64,000 nucleotides of DNA from Candidatus Limnocylindrales bacterium (GTDB lineage Bacteria; Patescibacteriota; Microgenomatia; Levybacterales; UBA12049): contig DATLDE010000005.1 of the NCBI GenBank assembly GCA_035526025.1, positions 189,690 to 253,689 on the forward strand. The letters are read 5' to 3'. Positions 9,840-21,022 of the stretch are shown here, in pieces. A program made the translations under genes and the position numbers. Below the pieces are notes generated by a model, which worked only from the letters and a program-made list of their open reading frames with translations, had not been told where the DNA came from and ran no database searches. Positions within the stretch are counted from its first letter, which is position 1; the number at the start of each line of letters is the position of its first letter.

Positions 9840-10226
9840 TCATTCCGTTACATCTACTGTTCCTTTCATGTAAGGGTGTGGTTTGCAGAAATAATTAAAA
9901 ACCCCAACGTCATTAAAAGTATAAGAATATTTTTTCCCTTTTCCAAAATACTCACTATCAGGACCTATTGTGCTACCTTCTGCCTTGGTGACTGTATGGG
10001 GAACCAAATCGGAGTTCTCCCATGTTACTGTAGTTCCTTTTTTAACTTTTATCTGCTTCGGAGAAAATGCATAATTTTTTATAGATACTGAATTTGTGCT
10101 GACAACTTCTGAAGAATTTTTTGAATCAGAACTCATGCCGTTCATGCTTCTTTGCTGAGGCTTAGAAATTACAATTAGCCCTGCGACTGCTACGACTACT
10201 AAAAGAATAATTATTTTTTTATTCAT
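9840..10226 (-). CDS. cupredoxin (plastocyanin/amicyanin-like type-1 blue copper protein), secreted
   Basis: Signal/TM at the N-terminus. The type-1 Cu ligand pattern is H (PHTV) ... C-x2-H-x2-M (FCKPHPYM) in a roughly 90-aa beta-sandwich domain. Confidence 0.75.
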   Translation of the reverse strand: MNKKIIILLVVVAVAGLIVISKPQQRSMNGMSSDSKNSSEVVSTNSVSIKNYAFSPKQIKVKKGTTVTWENSDLVPHTVTKAEGSTIGPDSEYFGKGKKYSYTFNDVGVFNYFCKPHPYMKGTVDVTE

Positions 10227-10238
10227 GAGTCTTTTTTA

Positions 10239-11054
10239 CTAGGGTAATGTCTCGCATACTATTCCATCATGATCTGATCCATCTAATTTGTCAATATTGT
10301 TGTTTTCATTTCCTCCTTTTGAAATGAAATACTCCTGCGCTTCCATATGAGTTAGGAAATCAGAGCAATCCTTGTCATCTGGAGAATTTTTCGCTGCAGG
10401 TTGCCGAGTGTTATCTGTTGTAAAACCACATGTTCCCCATAAGCCTTTATCATTGTACCTCGCATCATCTTCTGCTGCATCCAAGTCTTCTTGATACTTA
10501 ATATCCGGTGGATAGGCAGATGAATTGGCAAACCCTTCCTCAACTAAATATTTGTTAACAAATATATCACCCAAGTACACATACCTTAATAACCTACCAT
10601 ATTTGTCTGTCTCGGAAATATCTTTCTCAAGTTGAACTATTTGATTTTCAACAAGCGACCTATTGATATCACTCGCCTCTTTCCCAAAACATTCAACAGA
10701 TCTCCTTGGATCAACAGATTCGGGAGTATCAATACCTATATACCTAACAGTTTTTTTATTTCCAAACCCAAAATCTACCTCAATTGTGTCACCATCTCTT
10801 ATCCCAATTACCCTAGCGCTAATCCTATTGGGATGCTGCTCGACAATTTTTTCTCCTAAAATATCTTCTGCTTCTGTGGGCTCAGCTTCTGTGATTTCAT
10901 CAACTTGTGGGTACTCAAATTCTACCTGCTCAGTCGGAATTGGGGAATTTACAGGCGGGAGTGGAACTTTATTGGTAAAGACCTGAATTATTCCAAGCAC
11001 AGCCAATGACAATAAAAATAATAGTCTTTTATTCAGCCTTGAAAACGAAATCAC
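10239..11054 (-). CDS. secreted thermonuclease (SNase/micrococcal-nuclease fold) with C-terminal Excalibur Ca-binding domain
   Basis: N-terminal signal. SNase-like core (RVIGIRDGDTIEV...RYIGIDTPE...YGRLLRYVY). C-terminal DKDCSDF...DxDxDGIVCE Excalibur motif. Confidence 0.8.
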   Translation of the reverse strand: MISFSRLNKRLLFLLSLAVLGIIQVFTNKVPLPPVNSPIPTEQVEFEYPQVDEITEAEPTEAEDILGEKIVEQHPNRISARVIGIRDGDTIEVDFGFGNKKTVRYIGIDTPESVDPRRSVECFGKEASDINRSLVENQIVQLEKDISETDKYGRLLRYVYLGDIFVNKYLVEEGFANSSAYPPDIKYQEDLDAAEDDARYNDKGLWGTCGFTTDNTRQPAAKNSPDDKDCSDFLTHMEAQEYFISKGGNENNNIDKLDGSDHDGIVCETLP

Positions 11055-11113
11055 TTGTATAATTATAACAAAAACCTATTGCTAAAATTTAAAAAATTCG
11101 TCTTAATTATTAT

Positions 11114-12481
11114 ATGGAAGATAAAATTGAAGAGCTATTTTCAGCCCCATCACTTGCACTCGAAAAAGGCATAGAAGCGACAAAAAGACTTGGAAAAGAC
11201 ACAGCAGAGATAACACAGTTTAACAAGGCACGTGGTTTTTGGTCCAACCTCGGGCCTGGGCTCGTAACAGGTGCTGCAGATGATGATCCATCAGGCATTG
11301 CTACATATTCTCAAACAGGCGCCCAATATGGTTTTCAGTTATTATGGCTTTCAATATTTACATTTCCCTTGATGGCAATTGTGCAGGAAATGTGTGCCAG
11401 AATCGGACTCGCCACAGGACGGGGACTTGCTGGTAACATACGTATTAATTATTCAAGAAAAGTGCTATATCTATGCGCAGGGTTGTTATTTGTTGCTAAT
11501 ACTCTTAACATCGCTGCCAATATAGGTGCTATGAGTAAAGCAACTCAATTACTTTTTCCAACTTTAAAATTTCCCGTACTTGTAGCTGGATTTACATTCT
11601 TCTGCTTGCTTCTTCAAATCTTTACACCTTATGAACGTTATGCAAAATATCTCAAATATTTAGTTCTCGTTCTTTTCTCATATGTCATCACTGCATTCTT
11701 TGCAAATATCGATCCGCTTGTGCTTTTCAGACATACTTTCATCCCCTCCTTAGAATTCTCCAAAGACCAGCTACTCATGGTTACGGCTATACTTGGTACA
11801 ACCATTTCTCCGTACTTATTTTTCTGGCAGACATCTCACGAAGTTGAAGAAGAAATACTTCATGGCAAAACATCAATCAGGTTAAGAACTGGAACAACTC
11901 CTCAGGAAGTTCAAAAAATGAGAGTAGATGTGTGGACAGGTATGTTTGTTTCCAACGCGATTATGTACTTTATTATTGCAACATGCGCAGCTGTTCTTTT
12001 TACAAACGGAATTAATAATATAACTTCTGCCTCAGACGCTGCTGAAGCGCTAAGGCCCTTAGCTGGGGATTATGCTTTTTTACTCTTTGCCCTCGGCATT
12101 ATAGGGATGGGACTACTTTCAGTTCCAGTCTTGGCAGGATCTGCTGCATATACAATTGCGGAAAGTTTTAAATGGAAATCAGGGCTCTACCGCAAACTTT
12201 CGCAAGCTCATGCATTCTATGGGGTAATTATCATCTCGATGATAATCGCGATGGACATCAATTTTCTTGGATTTGACCCGATAAAACTTTTGATAAATTC
12301 TGCAATTGCCAACGGATTGGTTGCTCCTGTTGTATTATTTCTAGTTGTTCAAATGTCCAGCAACAAAAAAGTCGTAAAAGACAGAGTAAATCACCCGGTA
12401 ACTGCAGCTTTAGGTTGGTTTATAACAGCAATTATGAGCTTGGCAGGAATTGCAACAATAATATCTCTTCTAATCGGTTGA
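11114..12481 (+). CDS. mntH: Nramp-family divalent metal cation transporter
   Basis: GPGLVTGAADDDPSGIATYSQTGAQYGF..LW signature and QEM motif of the Nramp/MntH family. 11-12 TM. Confidence 0.8.
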   Translation: MEDKIEELFSAPSLALEKGIEATKRLGKDTAEITQFNKARGFWSNLGPGLVTGAADDDPSGIATYSQTGAQYGFQLLWLSIFTFPLMAIVQEMCARIGLATGRGLAGNIRINYSRKVLYLCAGLLFVANTLNIAANIGAMSKATQLLFPTLKFPVLVAGFTFFCLLLQIFTPYERYAKYLKYLVLVLFSYVITAFFANIDPLVLFRHTFIPSLEFSKDQLLMVTAILGTTISPYLFFWQTSHEVEEEILHGKTSIRLRTGTTPQEVQKMRVDVWTGMFVSNAIMYFIIATCAAVLFTNGINNITSASDAAEALRPLAGDYAFLLFALGIIGMGLLSVPVLAGSAAYTIAESFKWKSGLYRKLSQAHAFYGVIIISMIIAMDINFLGFDPIKLLINSAIANGLVAPVVLFLVVQMSSNKKVVKDRVNHPVTAALGWFITAIMSLAGIATIISLLIG

Positions 12482-12663
12482 TAAATTATTTATTTAAATT
12501 TTACTAATTGACATTATTAATTTAAATCTATATCATTAAATTATTCTTTCGGGGTTTGGGTGTAATTCCCAATCGGTAGTAAATCTTAATTTATTAAGAA
12601 ACTCTACGAGCCAACAAATTTGGCACGAGTCTGTGAAATTCAGACAGCGACCGTAAAGTCGGG

Positions 12664-13602
12664 ATGAAAGGAAGAATTATGAAAAAATTACTGGCTTTCG
12701 GGCCTCTCTTTATTATCCTTGCGTCTCTTTTATGGAGTTTTGACGCACTCCTTAGGGTAAGCCTCTACTCATTACCTCCAGCAATTGTTGTTTTCTATGA
12801 ACACATTTTTGGTCTAATTATTATGCTCCTGCTTTTCCCTCTATGGATAAAGAACTTAAAGAAGATGACAAAAAAAGATTGGATTGTTATTACTCTTATT
12901 GGACTTTTCGCCGGAGCACTTGGGACTATCTTCTATACTGCTGCACTTGGAATGGTGCAATATATTCCTTATTCTGTTGTAGTTTTGCTTCAGCAACTAG
13001 AGCCAATTTTTGCAATTTCAATCGCTGCAATTCTCTTAAAAGAGAAAGTTACAAAAAAATTCTTGCTTTGGGCAGGAGTCGCGCTCGTAGCTGCTTATAT
13101 GATTTCATTCAAAGACCTGCAAGTAAATCTCCAGACTGGACAGGGAACTGCATTAGCTGCTTTGCTTGCCATATCTGCTGCAGCTATGTGGGGGGCTGGA
13201 ACATCTCTTGGAAGATATGTATTGAAGAATAATTCATTTATCAGTACGACTGCTCTACGCTTTGCGATTGCACCAATCTTTGCCTTGATCATAATTTTTG
13301 GACTTGGACAACAGGCTGCGATGACTACTCTTACTCAGCAGCAAATAATCACGCTTATTGGGATAACATTTTCAACAGGTCTCATCGCAATGCTTATCTA
13401 TTATTACGGCCTGAAAAGAACACCTGCTAGAATCGCAACAATTTGCGAACTAGCATGGCCAGCTAGTGCAATTTTTATAGATTACTTTGTATTCAAAAAA
13501 ACATTAAGCGCAACACAAATACTCGGAGTAGTCCTGCTACTTTTTGCAATCTACCAAGTTACAAAACCTCTTGTTGCCGGCTCAAAAAAGCTTGTTGAAT
13601 AA
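12664..13602 (+). CDS. EamA/DMT-superfamily transporter (10-TM drug/metabolite exporter)
   Basis: Two repeated 5-TM EamA halves. The start may instead be the internal Met at 12679. Confidence 0.7.
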   Translation: MKGRIMKKLLAFGPLFIILASLLWSFDALLRVSLYSLPPAIVVFYEHIFGLIIMLLLFPLWIKNLKKMTKKDWIVITLIGLFAGALGTIFYTAALGMVQYIPYSVVVLLQQLEPIFAISIAAILLKEKVTKKFLLWAGVALVAAYMISFKDLQVNLQTGQGTALAALLAISAAAMWGAGTSLGRYVLKNNSFISTTALRFAIAPIFALIIIFGLGQQAAMTTLTQQQIITLIGITFSTGLIAMLIYYYGLKRTPARIATICELAWPASAIFIDYFVFKKTLSATQILGVVLLLFAIYQVTKPLVAGSKKLVE

Positions 13603-13630
13603 TTTCTCTTCCTTGATACAATATATCTCA

Positions 13631-14017
13631 ATGCAGCTCTCAATCAAAACAACAGAGAACAATCAAATTGTTGATATTACTGAAATAGTAAATAAAGAAA
13701 TTAAAAAACAGAACGCCTCGAATGGTCTATGTAATTTATTTCTAAAACACACTACAGCTGCTCTGACTACCGCTGATCTGGATCCTGGAACAGATCTAGA
13801 TATGCTTGATGCGTTTGAAGAAATAATTCCAAAGCTAAACTATCGCCATCCACACAATCCCGCACACACTCCAGACCATATTCTATCATCTCTGATCGGG
13901 ACATCGTTGACATTTCCTATTCTTGATGGAGAATTAGAACTTGGCACATGGCAAAGAGTGATACTTGTTGAATTTGACGGACCACGTGATCGTAAAATAA
14001 TTTTATCTTTTTTTTAA
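13631..14017 (+). CDS. YjbQ/UPF0047 family protein (secondary thiamine-phosphate synthase-like)
   Basis: CNLFLKHTTAALTTADLDPGTDLD and HNPAHTPDHI are diagnostic of UPF0047. The in-frame ATG at 13631 avoids overlap with the upstream gene; the ORF track starts at 13544. Confidence 0.75.
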   Translation: MQLSIKTTENNQIVDITEIVNKEIKKQNASNGLCNLFLKHTTAALTTADLDPGTDLDMLDAFEEIIPKLNYRHPHNPAHTPDHILSSLIGTSLTFPILDGELELGTWQRVILVEFDGPRDRKIILSFF

Positions 14018-14030
14018 TTCTTGCAATTAA

Positions 14031-15332
<1,302 letters not shown>

Positions 15333-15371
15333 TTTGCCTGCTTTATCCACAATTGGTATAATTACCCCTAA

Positions 15372-15740
15372 ATGAGCGGCCATATATTATTGGTTGAAGA
15401 TGATACCGACATTCAACAATTTTTAAAAGAATTACTGATTGATAATGGTTATGTTGTTGACACTGCATCAAACGGCCATGCTGCATTAGAAAAATTTAAA
15501 AATTCAACTCCAGACATAATTATCATGGACTTGGGACTTCCCATAATGTCAGGTGAGGAGAGTGTTAAAAAAATAAAGAAGATTAATAAAAATATTCCTA
15601 TTATTATACTTAGCGCTCGTGACTCAATGAGTGCTATATCAAAGGGTATAAATCTCGGCGCTGATGAATACATTTCAAAACCCTTTGTTGCGGAAGAACT
15701 CCTTGAAAAAATAAAAAATAAAATATCCAAAACCTATTGA
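15372..15740 (+). CDS. stand-alone response-regulator receiver domain (CheY-like)
   Basis: ILLVEDD, phospho-acceptor D in IIIMDLGLP, ILSAR, and K in YISKPF. It has no output domain. Confidence 0.85.
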   Translation: MSGHILLVEDDTDIQQFLKELLIDNGYVVDTASNGHAALEKFKNSTPDIIIMDLGLPIMSGEESVKKIKKINKNIPIIILSARDSMSAISKGINLGADEYISKPFVAEELLEKIKNKISKTY

Positions 15741-15838
15741 TTTATTGAAGCTTCACTATTATAATAAGTAAAGATAAAAAGGTCTTGAGAGATCATTGGT
15801 TTAACATTTCTCCTTAATTCCCCATTTTAATAAAAATT

Positions 15839-17599
15839 ATGAACTTAAAGATTCCAAAAAATCCGATTTTATTCGGAATATATATATCAAAAATCCACCA
15901 AAAATGGGCTATTGCAGCGTTAGCCTGTGTATTTGTTGGCAGTACTCTTGGAGGGAGATTTTTGGTAATTATTCTCAGGAATCTTACTGATTCTGTAGCA
16001 TCAAATCCAGTAAATATGAGTCAGGTGTGGATGTGGGCAATCGCATACCCTATCTTGCTTTTTGCCTCAGAAACCATTTGGCGAGTGAGTGGATTTATGG
16101 GAATGCATTGGTTTATCGGCTTGAGAGCATCGGCCTATGAACATCTCTATCAGCATCTAACGCTTCACAGCAAAGATTATTTCAACAGCCGTTTTGCAGG
16201 ATCACTTGCAAACAAAATTTCACACGCGGTTGATGGCACTGAGCAATTATTTGAAAGAACACTGTGGACTTTCATCCCGCTTGTAATAGGACTATTCTGG
16301 TATGTTATTTTTTCGTGGATCAGTGATTATAGATTGGGTATGATTATTGCAATATGGTCAATATTTTTTCTTGGAATTAACATTTTTTTTTCCAGACATC
16401 TACAGCCATATTCTTTCAAATCTGCAAAAACTGCATCTATTCTAAAAGGGAAAGTTGTAGATTCTCTTTCAAATATTTCTCTTGTTCACGAATATGCGTA
16501 TGTAAAAGGCGAAAAAGATTACATTAAAAAATTTGTTAACATTGATCGCGATGCTGGCTTTAAGCATTGGTGGGTTAGCGAATGGATACTATTTATCAAT
16601 GGAGTTCTAATATGCATATTTGTTGCTTCTATGATTTTCACATCAATATATTTGTTTCAATATCAAATTGTAAGCATTGGTGTAGTTATCATGATTGTAG
16701 CAATTGTTGGAAATATCTCTGATCAGCTTTTGTTCATTGGACAGGAAATGGCAAATGCTAACAAATTATATGGTGAAGCAAAAGAGGGACTTGAGGAAAT
16801 TCTAAGTGAACATATTATAGTTGACTCTGTTAATGCAGTGGATTTAAAACTTTTAAACGGTGCTATAGATATAAAATCTCTTGATTTTGAATACGAAGAA
16901 ACAAAAGTCTTTAGTAACTTTTCGCTGCAGATTCCGGCAGGACAAAAAGTAGGATTTGTTGGGAGAAGTGGTGCGGGCAAAACAACATTTGTTTCCTTAC
17001 TGCTTCGCCACTATGACATACAGTCTGGAGTAATTAAGATTGATGGACAAAATATAAATAACATAAAGCTTGAAAGCCTGCGTCGGGCAATTGCTTTTGT
17101 TCCCCAAGACACTAGCCTATTCCACAGAACTATAAAAGAAAATATAAGCTACAGCAATCCAGGAGCAACAGTTGCTGAAATAAAACATGCAGCGGTGGCA
17201 GCTCAGGCTGATGAGTTTATTGAAAAAATGCCTAATGGATATGAAACATTAGTAGGTGAGCGAGGAGTAAAATTGTCAGGTGGGCAACGCCAGCGGATAG
17301 CGATTGCAAGAGCGTTCCTCAAAAATGCTCCTATTCTGATTCTCGATGAAGCAACAAGTAGTCTGGATAGTCAAAGCGAACAGTCAATTCAAATATCCCT
17401 TGAAAAGCTTATGAAAGGAAGGACAGTCATCGCAATTGCTCACAGACTTTCTACGTTGAAAGAGATGGATAGGATTGTCGTTATTGAGAACGGAAAAATC
17501 TCAGAAGACGGAGATCCTGAAGAATTACTGAAAAAATCTAACGGAAAATTTAAGAACATGTGGGATCACCAGATCAAGGGATTCATTGTTGATGAATAA
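15839..17599 (+). CDS. ABC exporter, fused permease and ATP-binding protein (MsbA-like)
   Basis: Six N-terminal TM segments. Walker A GRSGAGKTT, signature LSGGQRQR, Walker B ILILDEATS, and H-loop AHRLST. Confidence 0.9.
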   Translation: MNLKIPKNPILFGIYISKIHQKWAIAALACVFVGSTLGGRFLVIILRNLTDSVASNPVNMSQVWMWAIAYPILLFASETIWRVSGFMGMHWFIGLRASAYEHLYQHLTLHSKDYFNSRFAGSLANKISHAVDGTEQLFERTLWTFIPLVIGLFWYVIFSWISDYRLGMIIAIWSIFFLGINIFFSRHLQPYSFKSAKTASILKGKVVDSLSNISLVHEYAYVKGEKDYIKKFVNIDRDAGFKHWWVSEWILFINGVLICIFVASMIFTSIYLFQYQIVSIGVVIMIVAIVGNISDQLLFIGQEMANANKLYGEAKEGLEEILSEHIIVDSVNAVDLKLLNGAIDIKSLDFEYEETKVFSNFSLQIPAGQKVGFVGRSGAGKTTFVSLLLRHYDIQSGVIKIDGQNINNIKLESLRRAIAFVPQDTSLFHRTIKENISYSNPGATVAEIKHAAVAAQADEFIEKMPNGYETLVGERGVKLSGGQRQRIAIARAFLKNAPILILDEATSSLDSQSEQSIQISLEKLMKGRTVIAIAHRLSTLKEMDRIVVIENGKISEDGDPEELLKKSNGKFKNMWDHQIKGFIVDE

Positions 17600-17632
17600 T
17601 ATCATTCTTAATTTTTCTGTTATAATAACTTA

Positions 17633-18094
17633 ATGACCAAGGAACAACTACAAGGAGAATTAAAAAAAGCTATGCTTGCAAGAGATGTTGTCAAAACTTC
17701 TTCTCTTCGCATGCTTATATCTGCAATTGGCTACTACGAAATACAAAAGGGAGGAGCTGGTTATACTGCAACAGATGAAGATATTCTCGCTGTTGTTCAA
17801 AAAGAAGCTAAGAAAATAAAGGATTCAATTGAGCAATTCACAAATGCAGGCCGCAATGAATTGGTTGAAAAAGAAAAAGGAGAATTGGCCATCCTTCAAA
17901 CTTATCTTCCGGAGGAAATGGGAGAGGAAGAAATCAGAAAACTTGTAACTGAAGCGATCTCTTCAACTGGTGCAAGTACGCCCGCTGACATGGGAAAGGT
18001 CATGGGGGCACTTATGCCTTCCACAAAGGGAAAAGCTGATGGTTCATTAGTTAGTAAAATTGTGAAAGAAGAGTTAGGTAAATTACTTAATTAA
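17633..18094 (+). CDS. GatB/YqeY domain protein
   Basis: The 150-aa pattern (LKKAM.ARD......LR.L......E...........DE....V...........AI..Y) is typical of the YqeY family. Confidence 0.8.
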   Translation: MTKEQLQGELKKAMLARDVVKTSSLRMLISAIGYYEIQKGGAGYTATDEDILAVVQKEAKKIKDSIEQFTNAGRNELVEKEKGELAILQTYLPEEMGEEEIRKLVTEAISSTGASTPADMGKVMGALMPSTKGKADGSLVSKIVKEELGKLLN

Positions 18095-18100
18095 CAAAAA

Positions 18101-19015
18101 TTATTTATTATTTTTTAATTTCCGTTTTCGATCCCATTCCTGCCACAACACTAGTAGAGGCGCTGCATTAAATATAGATGAATATGTTCCGCTTGTTATA
18201 CCTATTAAAAGCGCAAAAATGAACCACTTGATACTTGCTCCTCCAAAAATTAAAAGAGTAAACAATACCAAAATTGCTGTTAGAGATGTATTAAGAGAAC
18301 GTACCATTGTCTGAAGTATCGAATCGTTTACAACTTGATCAAATGGTGCTCCAATATTATGCCTAAGATTCTCACGAATTCTATCAAACACAACGATCGT
18401 GTCATGAACTGAAAACCCGACAACAGTCAAAATAGCGGTTACAAATAAGCTGTCAACCTCTACGTTAAAGTAATGACCAAGTAAGGAAAATATACCAATT
18501 ACGACTAGTGCATCATGGATAAGTGCTATAACTGCACAAACTCCAAACCGTATACTTGAAGCTGGCTTCGGCACTGTACGAAATGAATACGCTATATACA
18601 AAACTATAAGAAGTGATGCTATCCCCATGGTTTTGAAAGCATTAAGAGTTGTTTCGGCCCCAATGGTCGGACCGATCGTCTCGATTTCTTCCAGCTTAAC
18701 TTTACCAACAGTTGTAGTGAGTTGTTTTAAGAGTTTTGCATTTTCTTTTTCATCCAGCGTTTTGGTTTTTATTGTTACTCTTTTTTCCGCATCATCGAGT
18801 GAGACAATATCTATATTTTCTTTTTGATATGATCTGTTCACTTTTTCGATTAGTTGCTGATTTACTGTACTTGGAAAAAGCAGAGTTGTCCTTGTTCCCC
18901 CAGTAAAATCGATCGAGAGCTTAAGACCCCAAAGAAATAACGAAATAATTCCTGGTATTATCACTAAAAATGAAATTAAAAAGTATATATTTTTTCTACC
19001 AATTATATTTAACAT
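18101..19015 (-). CDS. secF: protein translocase subunit SecF
   Basis: LSIDFTGGT motif and 6 TM. It is downstream of secD in the same orientation. Confidence 0.85.
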   Translation of the reverse strand: MLNIIGRKNIYFLISFLVIIPGIISLFLWGLKLSIDFTGGTRTTLLFPSTVNQQLIEKVNRSYQKENIDIVSLDDAEKRVTIKTKTLDEKENAKLLKQLTTTVGKVKLEEIETIGPTIGAETTLNAFKTMGIASLLIVLYIAYSFRTVPKPASSIRFGVCAVIALIHDALVVIGIFSLLGHYFNVEVDSLFVTAILTVVGFSVHDTIVVFDRIRENLRHNIGAPFDQVVNDSILQTMVRSLNTSLTAILVLFTLLIFGGASIKWFIFALLIGITSGTYSSIFNAAPLLVLWQEWDRKRKLKNNK

Positions 19016-19018
19016 ATG

Positions 19019-20386
19019 TTAATTTCTATAAAACAATCTTAGAAATGTCCTTGTAACTACAATAGCTGAAAACATAGATACAATAACTCCCAATGCGAGG
19101 GTAAACGCAAATCCTCTAATAACAGCTGTTCCGAAATAGTAAAGAATTGAACTCGTAATCAGACTTGATATATTAGAATCTCTTATCGAGGGCCAAGCCC
19201 TAGTGAATCCCAAATCAATTGCTTTTTCATGAGAAATCCCACGCCTCATTTCCTCCTTCATTCTTTCAAAGATTAAAATATTGGCATCAACGGCAACACC
19301 AATGGACAGTATAAACCCTGCTATACCTGCAAGCGTTAAGGTCACAGGAATAGACCTAAAGAGAGCAATTACGAGCAGCGTGTATACAGCAAGCGCCAGA
19401 CTAGCTATAAATCCCAACCTACCATACAATACTGACATAAATATAACTATGACGGCAAATCCTATTGCCCCAGCCAGCAAGCTTTTTTGCAAAGAATCTT
19501 TTCCCAAAGTTGCCCCTGTAGCTTTCTGTTGAATTATGGAGAGTGAGACGGGCAAAGCACCGGCATTTAATTGGATCTGAAGAGTCTTTGCTGTTTGGGT
19601 TGTAAATGCTCCACTTATCACAGCGCTTCCGCCGAAAATAGGCTCGTTGACCCTTGGGGCCTCAACTACTTGATTATCAAGTGCAATTGCAACGATCTTA
19701 CCTACGTTTCTTTTTGTAATATCAGCAAATTTCTTTGACCCTTTACTTGTAAAAACAAGTCCGACTTGCGGCTTACCAGTACTTCTATCAAAAGTCACGT
19801 TTGCCTGCTTCAAGTCTGCCCCCGATAAATCCGTTTGCTTGACATTTGGTCCCAAAAGCTGCGCAACTCCTAAAGGTAACGCAGAGGCAGAAGCAAGCTG
19901 AGCGCTATCTGTTGCTATTTCAGCAGACGGGGATGCCTGCGCGGTTCCTTCTTCCCAAAATGATAATTTCGCTGTTTTACCAACCAATTTGGCTGCTTCA
20001 TTTACATCTGTGATGCCAGGTATCTCAACTATAATTCGATAATCTTTATTTACTTTTGCTGTTTGAATGACAGGCTCTGATACACCGAAGAAGTTTATTC
20101 TTTTTTCAATTACGGCTTTCGCGCTGTCAAGCGCGCTTTCCCGTTGATCTTCAGGAACGCCCTTCATATCAGCTTTCAATGTGATACTTGTTCCTCCTTC
20201 AAGATCAAGACCCTTACGAAACGCAAACGTGCTTTCTTTACTTCCGGGTATGAACTTATGATTTATTCCTGGGAATTTTGTCTTAAAATTACCTAATTTT
20301 ACTGTGAATGGCTGTGCAAGATTTATCACAACAGAAACAATTGTGACAAGGAGAACTAAAAATAATAAAAAACGGGGGTGTTTCAT
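19019..20386 (-). CDS. secD: protein translocase subunit SecD
   Basis: GLDLEGGTSITLKAD motif, a large periplasmic domain, then 6 C-terminal TM. Confidence 0.85.
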   Translation of the reverse strand: MKHPRFLLFLVLLVTIVSVVINLAQPFTVKLGNFKTKFPGINHKFIPGSKESTFAFRKGLDLEGGTSITLKADMKGVPEDQRESALDSAKAVIEKRINFFGVSEPVIQTAKVNKDYRIIVEIPGITDVNEAAKLVGKTAKLSFWEEGTAQASPSAEIATDSAQLASASALPLGVAQLLGPNVKQTDLSGADLKQANVTFDRSTGKPQVGLVFTSKGSKKFADITKRNVGKIVAIALDNQVVEAPRVNEPIFGGSAVISGAFTTQTAKTLQIQLNAGALPVSLSIIQQKATGATLGKDSLQKSLLAGAIGFAVIVIFMSVLYGRLGFIASLALAVYTLLVIALFRSIPVTLTLAGIAGFILSIGVAVDANILIFERMKEEMRRGISHEKAIDLGFTRAWPSIRDSNISSLITSSILYYFGTAVIRGFAFTLALGVIVSMFSAIVVTRTFLRLFYRN

Positions 20387-20961
20387 GAGGCAAGCATAGC
20401 CTCCTCATCCCCAAGGAGCATGACTCTTGAGCCTGAGAGAATTGCACCTAAGAATGGATCATTTCTTGTTTTGCGAAATTTTAATTCTTCTTCAGTCATA
20501 ACAGTATAATTTATTTCAACTCCCAAACGCGATTCTTCATTTCTAACCAATATAGCAAGTTCAGGTAGAACCACAGTCCCGACTACCATCAAGTCAACAT
20601 CCTCAGGCGATTCCTTTATTCGTCTTACAAATTTACCTGAAAGCATTGCAAATTTTAATTTTCCAAGCTTAGCTCTGTTCTCTAAAATTTCGTGTCCCAA
20701 TCCAATTGTCTTTGCTCCTACTCTTAGTATATCAAAATAAAAAGAATAATCTCTAGAGAGAGAATAATATACTCTATTTGCCCGAGGCTCTTTCTTGAGA
20801 ACTCCTTTTTTTTCAAGCAAAATCAGCTCCCGTCTTACAGCATTAATCTCTTCCTTGATGCGTCTGACGCATTCACGAACATGATACATATCTGTAGGAG
20901 ATGTGAGAAAAAGGTTTAAGAGTTTAACGCGGGTTTGGGATGTAATAAGATCTTTGAACAT
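20383..20961 (-). CDS. putative transcriptional regulator (N-terminal winged-helix and C-terminal alpha/beta domain)
   Basis: N-terminal helix-turn-helix-like segment (TRVKLLNLFL...VRECVRRIKEEINAVRRELILLEKKGVL). 4-bp overlap with secD implies co-transcription. Family assignment is uncertain. Confidence 0.45.
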   Translation of the reverse strand: MFKDLITSQTRVKLLNLFLTSPTDMYHVRECVRRIKEEINAVRRELILLEKKGVLKKEPRANRVYYSLSRDYSFYFDILRVGAKTIGLGHEILENRAKLGKLKFAMLSGKFVRRIKESPEDVDLMVVGTVVLPELAILVRNEESRLGVEINYTVMTEEELKFRKTRNDPFLGAILSGSRVMLLGDEEAMLAS

Positions 20962-21022
20962 AGAGTAATTTTTTATACATTCTAACGCGAATTGCCTAAA
21001 AACACAAGGGGTTTATATCGAA

